13,277 bases of DNA from assembly GCA_034722055.1 (NCBI GenBank), contig JAYENL010000058.1, positions 1-13,277 on the forward strand, in the 5' to 3' direction. A program made the position numbers and the translations under genes. Origin of the DNA: Armatimonadota bacterium (GTDB lineage Bacteria; Armatimonadota; Zipacnadia; Zipacnadales; UBA5352). The notes under the pieces are model-generated. The model worked only from the letters and a program-made list of their open reading frames with translations. It did no database searches and was not told the origin of the DNA. Below, in pieces: positions 1-9,300 of this stretch (position 1 is its first letter; every line of letters begins with the position of its first letter).

Positions 1-60
1 CCGCCGGGACCCGAAGGTCCCCCCGGACCGCCGGGGCCGCAGGGGCCTCCGGGACCGCCG
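1..60 (+). repeat. Collagen-like Gly-X-Y coding repeat ([18 protein letters not shown]), truncated by the window edge
   Basis: Direct translation of frame +1: [20 protein letters not shown], i.e. six consecutive Gly-Pro-X triplets. Confidence 0.85.
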
Positions 61-1434
61 GCCGGCGCAGCGGAGCCTGAGCTGACCGAGTACGAGCGCA
101 ACTGGCCGCGCTTCCGCGGCCCGCACGGCTCCGGCCACGCGCTTCCAGGGGAGTACCCCGAGAGCTGGGACGGCGAGAGCGGCGAGAACATCGCCTGGAG
201 GGCGGAGGTCCCGCTGCCAGGCAACAGCTCGCCGATCGTCTGGAGTGACCGGGTGTTCATCTCGGGTGCCACCGAGGAGAAGCGCGAGGTCTACGCCTAT
301 GACGCAGAGACCGGCGAGCTGCTGTGGCAGCGCGAGGTGGTCAACGAGCTGTCGGAGCTTGATGAGCCGCCGGAGGTCGAGGAGGACACGGGCTTCGCCG
401 CCCCCACCATGGCCACGGACGGCGAGCGGGTCTTCGCCATCTTCGCCAACGGCGACGTGGGCGCCTTCGACTTCGACGGCGAAGAGCTGTGGACGCGCGC
501 CATGGGGCCGCTGGAGAACATCTACGGCCACGCGTCATCCCTGACCGTCTTCGAGGACATGCTGATCGTGCTGCTCGACCAGGGCGGCGCCGACGATGAG
601 CTCTCGCGGCTGGTGGCGCTGGATGTCCGGGAGGGCAAGCGCGTCTGGGAAGTCGCCCGGCCGACCCCCAACTCCTGGACAACGCCGATCGTCATAGAAT
701 CTCAGGGACAGCCGCAGCTCGTCACCGCCGCCGATCCCTGGGTCATCGCCTACGACCCGAAGACGGGCGATGAGCTGTGGCGGGCGGACGTGCTCGTGGG
801 CGATGTCGCGCCGTCGCCGATCTATGCCGGGGGCTACGTCATCGCCTGCAGCGACGGCGCCGATCTGGTGGCCATCCGCCCCGACGGCGAGGGCGACGTG
901 ACCGACACCCACGTGGTCTGGAGCACGGCCGGGGTGATGCCCGACACCGCCAGCCCCGTCAGCGACGGCACGCACGTCTACACCCTCATCAGCTACGGGC
1001 TGCTGGCCTGCTACCGGCTGGCGGACGGCCAGGAGGTCTGGCAGGAGCAGCTCGAGGGCGAGAAGCCCTTCTACGCCTCCCCCACGCTGGTCGGGGACCG
1101 GCTCTACATCCTCAACGGCGATGGCACCATGTTCATCGTCGCAACCGGCAGCCAGTTCGAGATCCTCAGCACAGCCAGCCTCGGCGAGGCGTCGGACAGC
1201 TCGCCGGCGTTCGTGAATGACAGCATCTTCATCCGCGGCGAGAAGCACCTCTTCCGCATCGGAAAGCCGGAGCCCGAGGATGCGGGCACGGAGGAGGCCG
1301 AAGAGGCCGAGCCCGGCCAGGACGAGGCGGATGAGGCCGCCGATGACGCGGAGGAGAGTGCCCCGCCGGACCGGCCGCGGGAGCCCGGGGACGCATCGGA
1401 GGGAGAGACGGAACCAGAGGAATGGGAGTTCTGA
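1..1434 (+). CDS. PQQ-binding-like (BamB-like) beta-propeller repeat protein with collagen-like N-terminal stalk and acidic C-terminal tail; 5' end lies outside the window
   Basis: Frame +1 is open from base 1 to TGA at 1432-1434, so the 253 start in the ORF track is internal. The upstream translation [45 protein letters not shown]...[26 protein letters not shown] contains the WPxFRG leader and SSP blade motif typical of this propeller family. Blade motifs recur ([66 protein letters not shown]). Confidence 0.9.
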   Translation, partial: PPGPEGPPGPPGPQGPPGPPAGAAEPELTEYERNWPRFRGPHGSGHALPGEYPESWDGESGENIAWRAEVPLPGNSSPIVWSDRVFISGATEEKREVYAYDAETGELLWQREVVNELSELDEPPEVEEDTGFAAPTMATDGERVFAIFANGDVGAFDFDGEELWTRAMGPLENIYGHASSLTVFEDMLIVLLDQGGADDELSRLVALDVREGKRVWEVARPTPNSWTTPIVIESQGQPQLVTAADPWVIAYDPKTGDELWRADVLVGDVAPSPIYAGGYVIACSDGADLVAIRPDGEGDVTDTHVVWSTAGVMPDTASPVSDGTHVYTLISYGLLACYRLADGQEVWQEQLEGEKPFYASPTLVGDRLYILNGDGTMFIVATGSQFEILSTASLGEASDSSPAFVNDSIFIRGEKHLFRIGKPEPEDAGTEEAEEAEPGQDEADEAADDAEESAPPDRPREPGDASEGETEPEEWEF

Positions 1435-3803
1435 CCACGGAGCAGACCGCCGCCGCGGAGTCGGTTGATCTCGGGTTCGTGGAGCGGGTGGTGGAGCAGG
1501 TAGGGCGTGACCGGGAGGGGGTCATCCCCATCCTCCAGCGCCTCCAGGAGCACTACCGCTACCTGCCGCCCCAGGCGCTGCGCCGTGTCTGTGAGCTCAC
1601 GGAGATCACCCCGGCGCAGATGGAGGGCGTGGCGACCTTCTACACGCAGTTCCGCCATCGACCGGTCGGCGAGCACCTTATCCGCGTCTGCCACGGCACC
1701 GCCTGCCACGTGAAGGGCGCAGAACAGGTCTCCGACGCCCTCCGCCGCCACCTGCAGATCCCCGAGGACGACGATACCGATCCGGACCGGCGGTTCACCA
1801 TCGAGAAGGTGGCCTGCCTGGGCTGCTGCACCCTGGCGCCGGTGATGCAGATCGACGGCGTGACCTACGGCCACCGGACCCCTGACAACGTGGATGAGGC
1901 CATCCAGGACTTCCTGGAGCTGGAGCGCCGGGGGCTGCTGGCGCCCTCCGCAAGGCCGGCTCCAGGGCGGATTGACGGCCTGGCCGAGATCCGAATCGGC
2001 ATCGGCTCCTGCTGCATCGCGGGCGGGAGCATGGACGTTCGCCAGGAGCTGGAGCGGGCGGTCAACGAGCTGGGCGCGCCGGCCGTGGTGAAGCCGGTGG
2101 GCTGCGTGGGGATGTGCCATCAGACCCCGCTGGTGGAGGTGGTCAAGCCGGGCGAGGAGCCGCACGTCTACGCCAAAGTGCAGCCTGAGGACGCCGAGGC
2201 CATCGTCCGCCGACACTTCCACCCCCATGGCCTGCGGCGCGTGCGCGCGACGGTCACCTCCACCCTCGACAGCCTGCTGGACGACCGCGCCTGGACGCCC
2301 GTCACACGCTACGCCCTCGACGTCCGCGACGCTCCGGTCTGCAGCTTCCTGGGCCGCCAGGTGCACATCGCCACGGAGCACGCCGGCTGCCTGGATCCAT
2401 TCGACATCGACCAGTACATCGACGGCGGCGGCTTCGAGGCGCTCCGACGCGTCGTCACCGAGATGGAGCCGGCGGAGGTCATCGAGGAGATCAGCGCCTC
2501 GGGCCTCCGCGGAAGGGGTGGAGCGGGCTTCCCCACCGGCCGCAAGTGGCGCATCGTCCGCGAGGCCGACAAGGAGCCGAAGTACATCCTCTGCAACGGC
2601 GACGAGGGCGACCCCGGGGCCTTCATGGACCGCATGATCCTCGAATCCTACCCCTTCCGGGTGCTGGAGGGCATGGCCATCGGCGCCTACGCCGCGGGCG
2701 TGCATGACGGGCTGCTTTACATCCGCGCCGAGTATCCCCTGGCGGTGCGTCGCGTCTGGAACGCTATCTCCAGGTGCCAGGAGCGCGGCTTCCTGGGCGA
2801 GGACATCTTCGGCACCGGCTTCGACCTGCGGCTGGGTATCCGCGAGGGCGCCGGTGCCTTCGTGTGTGGGGAGGAGACGGCGCTGCTGGCCTCCATCGAG
2901 GGCGAGCGGGGCCACCCGCGCCTGCGTCCCCCCTACCCCGCCGAATCCGGCCTGTGGGCCCAGCCCACGCTGATCAACAACGTGGAGACCTTCGCGGTGG
3001 TGCCGTGGATCATCCGCGAGGGCGCCGAGCGCTTCGCGGAGCTGGGCACCGAGCGCAGCAAGGGCACCAAGGTCTTCGCCCTCGCCGGCAAGGTGGCCCG
3101 CGGCGGGCTCATCGAGGTGCCCATGGGCATCACGATAGGCGAGATCGTGGAGGAGATCGGCGGCGGCGTGGCCGGCGACCGGCAGTTCAAGGCCGTGCAG
3201 ATCGGCGGGCCCTCCGGCGAGTGCATCCCCGCGGAGCTGGCCGACACGCCCGTGGACTACGAGGCCCTCGGCGAGCTGGGCGGCATCATGGGCTCCGGCG
3301 GCTTCGTGGTGCTCGATGACGCCGACTGCATGGTGGACGTGGCGCACTACTTCCTGGAGTTCACGCAGCGCGAATCCTGCGGCAAGTGCACGCCCTGCCG
3401 CATCGGCACTCGGCGCATGCTGGAGATCCTGGAGCGGATCAGGTCCGGGGAGGGCACGCCCGGCGACCTCGACCAGCTCGAGGAGCTGGCGCTGATGGTG
3501 AAGCGCTCCAGCCTCTGCGGGCTGGGCCAGACCGCCCCCAACCCCGTGCTCTCCACGCTGCGGTACTTCCGCGACGAGTGCGAGGCGCACATCGAGGGCC
3601 GCTGCCCGGCGGGCAAGTGCCGGGCGCTGATTCACTACGAGATCACCGACGAGTGCATCGGCTGCACCAAGTGCGCGCAGGCCTGCCCCGCGGACGCCAT
3701 CGCCATGCGCCCGCTCGAGGAGCACGAGATCGACGACGAGCTGTGCATCCGCTGCGGCACGTGCATGAACGTCTGCCCGGTGGACGCGGTGGAGGTGCAT
3801 TGA
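1422..3803 (+). CDS. Fused NuoE-like + NuoF-like (HydC-HydB / BfuC-BfuB type) FMN- and Fe-S-containing NADH-oxidoreductase subunit, 793 aa
   Basis: N-terminal NuoE domain ([44 protein letters not shown]). Thioredoxin-like Fe-S domain (GSCCIAGGS...[10 protein letters not shown]). NuoF FMN/NADH motifs ([63 protein letters not shown]), SLBB GGPSG and N3-type [12 protein letters not shown]...SLCGLG. C-terminal 2x[4Fe-4S] ([24 protein letters not shown]). ATG overlaps the upstream stop by 13 nt. Confidence 0.93.
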   Translation: MGVLTTEQTAAAESVDLGFVERVVEQVGRDREGVIPILQRLQEHYRYLPPQALRRVCELTEITPAQMEGVATFYTQFRHRPVGEHLIRVCHGTACHVKGAEQVSDALRRHLQIPEDDDTDPDRRFTIEKVACLGCCTLAPVMQIDGVTYGHRTPDNVDEAIQDFLELERRGLLAPSARPAPGRIDGLAEIRIGIGSCCIAGGSMDVRQELERAVNELGAPAVVKPVGCVGMCHQTPLVEVVKPGEEPHVYAKVQPEDAEAIVRRHFHPHGLRRVRATVTSTLDSLLDDRAWTPVTRYALDVRDAPVCSFLGRQVHIATEHAGCLDPFDIDQYIDGGGFEALRRVVTEMEPAEVIEEISASGLRGRGGAGFPTGRKWRIVREADKEPKYILCNGDEGDPGAFMDRMILESYPFRVLEGMAIGAYAAGVHDGLLYIRAEYPLAVRRVWNAISRCQERGFLGEDIFGTGFDLRLGIREGAGAFVCGEETALLASIEGERGHPRLRPPYPAESGLWAQPTLINNVETFAVVPWIIREGAERFAELGTERSKGTKVFALAGKVARGGLIEVPMGITIGEIVEEIGGGVAGDRQFKAVQIGGPSGECIPAELADTPVDYEALGELGGIMGSGGFVVLDDADCMVDVAHYFLEFTQRESCGKCTPCRIGTRRMLEILERIRSGEGTPGDLDQLEELALMVKRSSLCGLGQTAPNPVLSTLRYFRDECEAHIEGRCPAGKCRALIHYEITDECIGCTKCAQACPADAIAMRPLEEHEIDDELCIRCGTCMNVCPVDAVEVH

Positions 3804-3895
3804 GGCCGCCCGACCTTACGCACGAACGGCGGCAGGCTGGAAGTCGGGCCCGAAGATGATGCTGACGGCCTTGCGGGACGCCTGTCGTGCCGTTT

Positions 3896-4040
3896 GGAGG
3901 GGCGCGCCTACGCTCGCGCCCGGCCGTTGCGCACAGGACGGGCGGGCGAGGGCGCCCGCCCCCCAGAGTCTCAAGGATAGGGCGGGCCTCCGCGCCGGGG
4001 CGCTCGGTTCTTGAGGAGGGGCGGGCTTCCCTGCCCGCCC
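3896..4040. repeat. Cluster of REP-like GC palindromes (BIME/REPIN-like)
   Basis: GGAG-GGGCGCG-cctacgct-CGCGCCC at 3896-3921; an inverted copy GGGCGGGC-gagggc-GCCCGCCC-ccc at 3940-3964; a partial TAGGGCGGGCCTCCGCGCC at 3978-3996; GGAG-GGGCGGGC-ttccct-GCCCGCCC at 4015-4040. CTCAAG (3970-3975) and CTTGAG (4010-4015) extend the pairing between the inverted copies. Confidence 0.65.
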
Positions 4041-4083
4041 GGTCGTCGTTCAGGAGAGGCGGGAGGAGCAGCCGCTGACGCGA

Positions 4084-5682
4084 ATGCCGACATTAAGCAT
4101 CGACGGACAATCGGTCAGCGTGCCGGATGGCGCCACGATCCTGGAGGCGGCGCGGCAGCTCGGGATCGAGATTCCCACGCTCTGCCACCGCGAGGGCCTG
4201 GCGCCGCAGACCTCCTGCATGGTCTGCGTGGTGCGCGTGGATGGCGCCGAGGGGCTGGTGCCATCGTGCGCCACGCAGGTGCGCGATGGCATGGTGGTGG
4301 AGAGCGAGACCGAGGAGGTGCACGCGGCGCGGAGGATGGCCCTGGAGCTTCTGCTGTCTGACCACCGCGGCGACTGCCACGCCCCCTGCCAGCTCGCCTG
4401 CCCGGCGGGCCTGAACATCCCGGTGATGATCCGGCAGATCGTGGCCGGCGACCGGGCCGGCGCCATCGACACAGTGACGGACCGCATCCCGCTGCCTGCG
4501 ATCCTGGGGCGCATCTGCCCCGCGCCATGCGAGGGCGCCTGCCGGCGCGGATCGTACGACGAGCCGGTCGCCATCTGCCTGCTCAAGCGCTGGGTCGGCG
4601 ACGAGGACCTGGCGTCGGGTGAGCCTCGGCAGCCCGAACTTGCGCCGCCGAGCGGCAGCCGCGTGGCGATCGTCGGTGCGGGACCGGCCGGGCTATCGGC
4701 GGCCTACTACCTGCGCCGCCTCGGCCACGAGGCGGTCATCCTGGACGAGCGCGAGGGCCCCGGCGGCGGCCTGCGCGAGATCGACCCCGACCGTCTGCCC
4801 GGGGCGGTGCTGGAGGCGGAGGCGCAGCGCGTCCTCGACCCGGGCGTCGAATTGCGCTCCGGCGTCCGCCTCGGCAAAGATGTGTCCCTGGCCGACCTGC
4901 GGGCGGACTTCGACGCCGTGCTGCTCGCCGTCGGCGAGGTCGATCAGCAGCAAGCGGAGGAGCTGGGCGTGCCCTTCGGCCGCCGGGGGCTGGAGGCCGA
5001 TCGCGGGACCCACGAGAGCCCGCTTGACGGCGTCTTCGTGGCCGGCTCCGCGCTGAGCCCCTCGCGGCTTGCTGTCCGTGCCGTCGGCGCCGGGCGAGAG
5101 GCGGCTGAGGCCATCGACCAGCACCTCCGCGGCCAGGAGGTCACCCCTGCCGGCCGGCCGTTCAACGTCAGCATGGGCCGCCTCGATGAGGCAGAGGCCG
5201 CTCAGATGGCGCAGGACGCCAGCGAGCGGCCGCGAATCACACCCTCGGGAGGCCAAGACAGGGGCTTCAACGACGAGGAGGCGACCCGTGAAGGCCTGCG
5301 CTGTCTGCACTGTGACTGCCGCGCGCTATCGACGTGCCGACTCAAGCGCTTCGCCGAGAAGTACGAGGTGGACACGCGGGCGTTCTCCGGCGAGCGGCGA
5401 AGCTTCCAACGCGATGCCACGCACCCGGCGGTCATCTACGAGCCCGGCAAGTGCATCGCCTGCGGGCTCTGCGTGCAGATCGCGCGCAAGCACCAGGAGG
5501 AGCTGGGCCTGACCTTCGTTGGCCGTGGCTTCGACGTGCGCACGGCGGTGCCGTTCGACGAGCCGCTGGCGGAGGGCCTGAAGGGAGCGGCCAGAGAGTG
5601 CGCCGAGGCCTGCCCCACCGGTGCACTCGTGCTGCGGGATGACGCTCCGGCCTCCGAGGAGATGGCAGAGGGCCATGACTGA
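4084..5682 (+). CDS. NuoG/HydA-N-terminal [2Fe-2S] + GltD-like FAD/Fe-S hybrid protein (StnC/NfnA-like BfuA-type subunit) with internal domain loss, 532 aa
   Basis: Fer2 domain (TILEAARQLGIEIPTLCH...SCMVCVV...LVPSCAT) and LELLLSDH-x3-C. GltD-type Fe-S region (APCQLACPAGLNIP, LGRICPAPCEGACRR, VAICLLKR) and FAD Rossmann motif VAIVGAGPAGLSAAYYL. EEATREGLRCLHCDC-x5-C follows, then a C-terminal ferredoxin-like region KCIACGLC...FVGRGF...CAEACPTGAL. A purine-rich GGAGGAG lies at 4062-4068. Confidence 0.88.
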   Translation: MPTLSIDGQSVSVPDGATILEAARQLGIEIPTLCHREGLAPQTSCMVCVVRVDGAEGLVPSCATQVRDGMVVESETEEVHAARRMALELLLSDHRGDCHAPCQLACPAGLNIPVMIRQIVAGDRAGAIDTVTDRIPLPAILGRICPAPCEGACRRGSYDEPVAICLLKRWVGDEDLASGEPRQPELAPPSGSRVAIVGAGPAGLSAAYYLRRLGHEAVILDEREGPGGGLREIDPDRLPGAVLEAEAQRVLDPGVELRSGVRLGKDVSLADLRADFDAVLLAVGEVDQQQAEELGVPFGRRGLEADRGTHESPLDGVFVAGSALSPSRLAVRAVGAGREAAEAIDQHLRGQEVTPAGRPFNVSMGRLDEAEAAQMAQDASERPRITPSGGQDRGFNDEEATREGLRCLHCDCRALSTCRLKRFAEKYEVDTRAFSGERRSFQRDATHPAVIYEPGKCIACGLCVQIARKHQEELGLTFVGRGFDVRTAVPFDEPLAEGLKGAARECAEACPTGALVLRDDAPASEEMAEGHD

Positions 5683-6382
5683 CACCGACGGTCGCCTGGT
5701 GGTGGAGGACCTGGTGAAGGTCTACGATACGCCCGCGGGACCGAACCGGGTGCTGGACGGGCTGTCGCTGGAGGCCGAGCCGGGGGAGAGCGTGGCCGTC
5801 CTGGGGCCGTCGGGCTCGGGCAAGAGCACGCTGCTGAACGTCATCGGCTCCCTCGACCGGCCCACCTCCGGGACTGTCCGCCTCGGGACTCTCACGGTCA
5901 CTGCGCTGGAGGGCCAAGCGCTGGCGAGCTTCCGCGCCCGTGAGGTCGGCTTCATCTTCCAGGACCATCATCTGCTACCGCAGCTCACCGCCTTCGAGAA
6001 CGTGCTGCTGCCCACGCTGGCGGCGGGCACCACTGACGGCGCCGAGGAGCGGGCCCGGGAGCTGCTGCGGCGGGTGGGCGTCGGCGAGCGCGCGGAGGCC
6101 TTCCCGTCGCGCCTGTCGGGCGGCGAGCGCCAGCGCGTGGCCGCCGCCAGGGCGCTGATCAACGGCGCCGGCCTGCTGCTGTGCGACGAGCCCACCGGCA
6201 ACCTCGACCGGGACACCGGCAACCACCTGGTGAGGCTGCTGGCGGGCCTGGCCGAGGACGGCGTCATCGTGGTCATGGTCACGCATAACGTGGAGCAGGC
6301 GGGGCTGCTGGGCCGGCGGCTGCTGCTTCGGGAGGGGAAGCTGGTGGACTGGGAGGAGAGCCTGAGGGGGGATCGAGCGTGA
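5675..6382 (+). CDS. ABC transporter ATP-binding protein, LolD/MacB (type VII) family, 235 aa
   Basis: Walker A GPSGSGKST, Q-loop GFIFQDHHLLPQLTAFENV, signature LSGGERQRVA, Walker B LLLCDEPTGNLD, H-loop MVTHN. The likely start is ATG 5675 in an ATGACTGA overlap with the upstream stop (5680-5682), not the 5621 start in the ORF track. Confidence 0.93.
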   Translation: MTDTDGRLVVEDLVKVYDTPAGPNRVLDGLSLEAEPGESVAVLGPSGSGKSTLLNVIGSLDRPTSGTVRLGTLTVTALEGQALASFRAREVGFIFQDHHLLPQLTAFENVLLPTLAAGTTDGAEERARELLRRVGVGERAEAFPSRLSGGERQRVAAARALINGAGLLLCDEPTGNLDRDTGNHLVRLLAGLAEDGVIVVMVTHNVEQAGLLGRRLLLREGKLVDWEESLRGDRA

Positions 6383-9300
6383 CTGCCGCCCGGCTGGTCC
6401 TCCGCTCGCTGGCGCACTACTGGCGGACCGGCGTGGTAGTCGTCGTCGGGCTGGCCGTGGCCACGGCGGTCATCGTCGGCTCGCTGGTCATCGGCGACTC
6501 CATCCAGGGCTCCATCCGCCGGACGGCGCTGGGGCGGCTGGGCGTCATCTTCGACGCCGTCACGGCGCCCCGCTTCTTCCGAGCCGCCCTGGCGGAGGAA
6601 GCGAACATCTGGGGGCACGTCGAGGCGCTGATCCGCGTGGACGGCTCCGCCCGCGCGGAAGGCAGCGACGCGGTCATCGCCAACGTCTCGGTCGTCGGCA
6701 TCGATGACGGCTTCTGGGGCCTCTACCCGGACGCGTCCTCATACTCCCTCGACCCGCGCTCAGCCATCATCAACGAGGCCCTGGCCGAGGACGCGGGCGT
6801 GGCGGAGGGCGAGACGCTTCTCATCACGGTCTCGCGCCCGGGCGAGGCCATGGCTGACACGCTCTTCGCCCGCCGGGAGCGCGAGGAGACGCTGGCTACG
6901 CTCCGGGTCATGGTGGAGGCGATTCTGCCCGACCTGGGCCCGGGCGGCTTCCGCCTGGATCCATCGACCGCCATGCCCAGAAACGTGCTGGTGGATCGCG
7001 AGTGGCTCGCGGAGCAGATCGATGAGCCCCGCAAGGCCAACACGGTGGTCTTGGGGCCGGTGCCGGGCCCGGATGGCACCTACCCGGCCATCGGCGAGCT
7101 GCGCCGCACCGCCGTCTTCGGTCCATCACACCCGTCGCGTCAGCGCCAGCAGATCAAGCAGGCGATGACGCTTGAGGACCATGGCCTCTACCTGCGCCGG
7201 CACGGCTCCTATGTCTCACTGTTCACCGAGGCCATCACGCTCACAGAGGCGCAGATCGAGGCCGCCCGGCAGGCGGCCGACGGCCTCGGGCTTGAAGGCC
7301 CGCGGGCGCGTCGGACATCCGTGTACCTGGCCGACGCCATCGAGGTGGTGGGCGCGCCGTCGCGGTCCATCGCGTATGCCGTCGTGGCGAACCTCCACGG
7401 CAAGGAGGGCCTGCCTCCTATCGAGGGTCGCTCCGAGACCGGGCACGCGGGCGTGTGGCTGAACGAGTGGGCGCTGCAGGACCTGGGGGTGGGCATCGGC
7501 GATGGCGTGGACCTGCGTGTGCGCTGGCGCGTGAGCACGCCCTCGGGGTATGAGGACCGGTCGGCGGAGCTGCCGCTGGGCGGGGTGGTCGCAATGCGGG
7601 GCCTGGGCGCCGACCCGGGGCTGGTGCCGGACTTCGAGGGTATCACCGACGCCGAGCACATCGACGAGTGGGAGCCGCCCTTCCCCATCGACCTGTCCCG
7701 GGTGAGCGACCGGGATGAGCAGTACTGGGACCGCTACCGGGCGGCGCCGAGGGCCTTCGTCAGTACGGATCTGCTGAAGCGGATGTGGCAGGGGCCTGAC
7801 GGGACCGGCCCGTGGGTCACCTCCGTGCGCATCAGGCCGGAGTCGGATCCGTCGGCTTTCGTCGAGGACTACCGCCAGGCGCTGCTGGCGGAGCTGGAGC
7901 CGCAGGACGCCGGTATCGCGGTCCGCCCCGTCCGGGAGCAGGCCCTGGAGGCCAGCAAGGGTACCTCCGACTTCTCCGGCCTGTTCCTGGGCATGAGCAT
8001 GTTTCTGGTGTTCGCCGGCGCCGGGCTGGGCGGGACGCTCATGCGGCTGTCTGCCGACCGCCGCGCCTCGCAGGCCGGTATCATGCTGGCCACCGGCTTC
8101 ACCGCCCGCGATGCCGGCCGCACGGTCGCGGCCGAGGGCGTGATGCTCTCGCTCATCGGCACAGCCATCGGCACCCCGCTGGGTGTGCTCTATGCGCACG
8201 GGATCATCCGGGCGCTGGCGACGTGGTGGGAGGGCGCGCTGGGCAACGCCCCGGCGCTGGGGCTCTTCGTCGATCCCCTTACAGTCATGGAGGGCGCGGC
8301 GGCGGCGCTGCTGGTGGGCGTGATCGCCACCCTCTGGGGCGTGCGAGCGGTCTCGGCGCGTCCGGTGCTGGAGCTGCTGCGCGGCTGGCAGACGGCCGCG
8401 GTGGCGCCGTCGGGCCGCAGGTCGTGGACGCTGTCGGCACTCTTTCTGCTGCTCATCACCGCCACCGGCCTGCTGGCTGCGGCCCTGGGCGGGGGGCTGG
8501 CGGAGCAGAGCGCCTTCTTCGGCATCGGCGCGGCCCTGTTGCTGGCGGCGCTGGCTGGCGCGCACGTGGTTCTGACGCGCGCCATGCGCCTCCGCGGTGC
8601 ATCGCAATCGACGCTGGGCCTGACGCTCCGCAGCGCCGCCTCCGCGCGGGGCCGCAGCCTGCTGCTGGTGGGGCTCATCGCCGCCGCCACCTTCGTCATC
8701 GTCACCGTGGCCGCCAACTCGCGCGACTTCTCAGGCATCGACACTGAGGACCGCGCCTCGGGGACGGGCGGCTTCTCGCTGGTGGCCACGTCATCGGTGC
8801 CGCTGCGCTTCGACCCGGCGACTGAGGAGGGGCGCGAGAATCTGGGCTTTCTGCCCGACGAGCAGGAGGCGCTGGCGGACACGGTGATCATCTCCCTGCC
8901 GCGCAGTCCGGGAGAGGACATCTCGTGCTTGAACATCGCCCGCCCCACGCATCCACGGCTGCTGGGCGTCACCGATGAGATGATCCGGCGCGGCGGCTTC
9001 CCGGTCACGCCCGCCCGGGAGCCGCCTGGCGGTAACCCGTGGCGGCTGCTGAGCGAAGAGGAGGGTGGGGGATCGATCCCGGCCATCGGTGACGCCGCCA
9101 GCGTCCAGTGGCAGCTTCACTCGGGCCTGGGCAAGACCTACGAGCTGAACACGCCGCGCGGCACACGCCAGCTCCGGTTCGCCGGGCTGCTGCGCGGCAG
9201 CATCTTCCAGAGCGAGCTGCTGGTGCGCGAGGATGAGCTGAGGCGCCTCTATCCGGACATCCGGGGGCCCAGCTACTTCCTGGTGGACACGCCGGAGGGG

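Noticed and set aside
1104..3800. 898-aa ORF on the minus strand
   Set aside because: Antisense shadow of the NuoEF gene. In high-GC, codon-biased genes the antisense frame lacks stops, and this ORF has no recognisable motifs.
3801..3803. Selenocysteine read-through at TGA stops followed by hairpins (also 1432-1434 and 5680-5682)
   Set aside because: The stops fall at natural domain ends, not at conserved Cys positions, and the downstream frames show no continued homology.
3887..4078. 63-aa ORF in the spacer as a possible small subunit or ferredoxin
   Set aside because: It has no Cys, is Arg/Gly/Pro-rich and is composed of the palindromic repeats.
1422..5682. Annotation as complex I nuoEFG, [FeFe]-hydrogenase, formate dehydrogenase or glutamate synthase gltD
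   Set aside because: No other nuo genes, H-cluster motifs, molybdopterin domain or gltB are present, and the NADP domain is absent. Gene symbols were therefore withheld.
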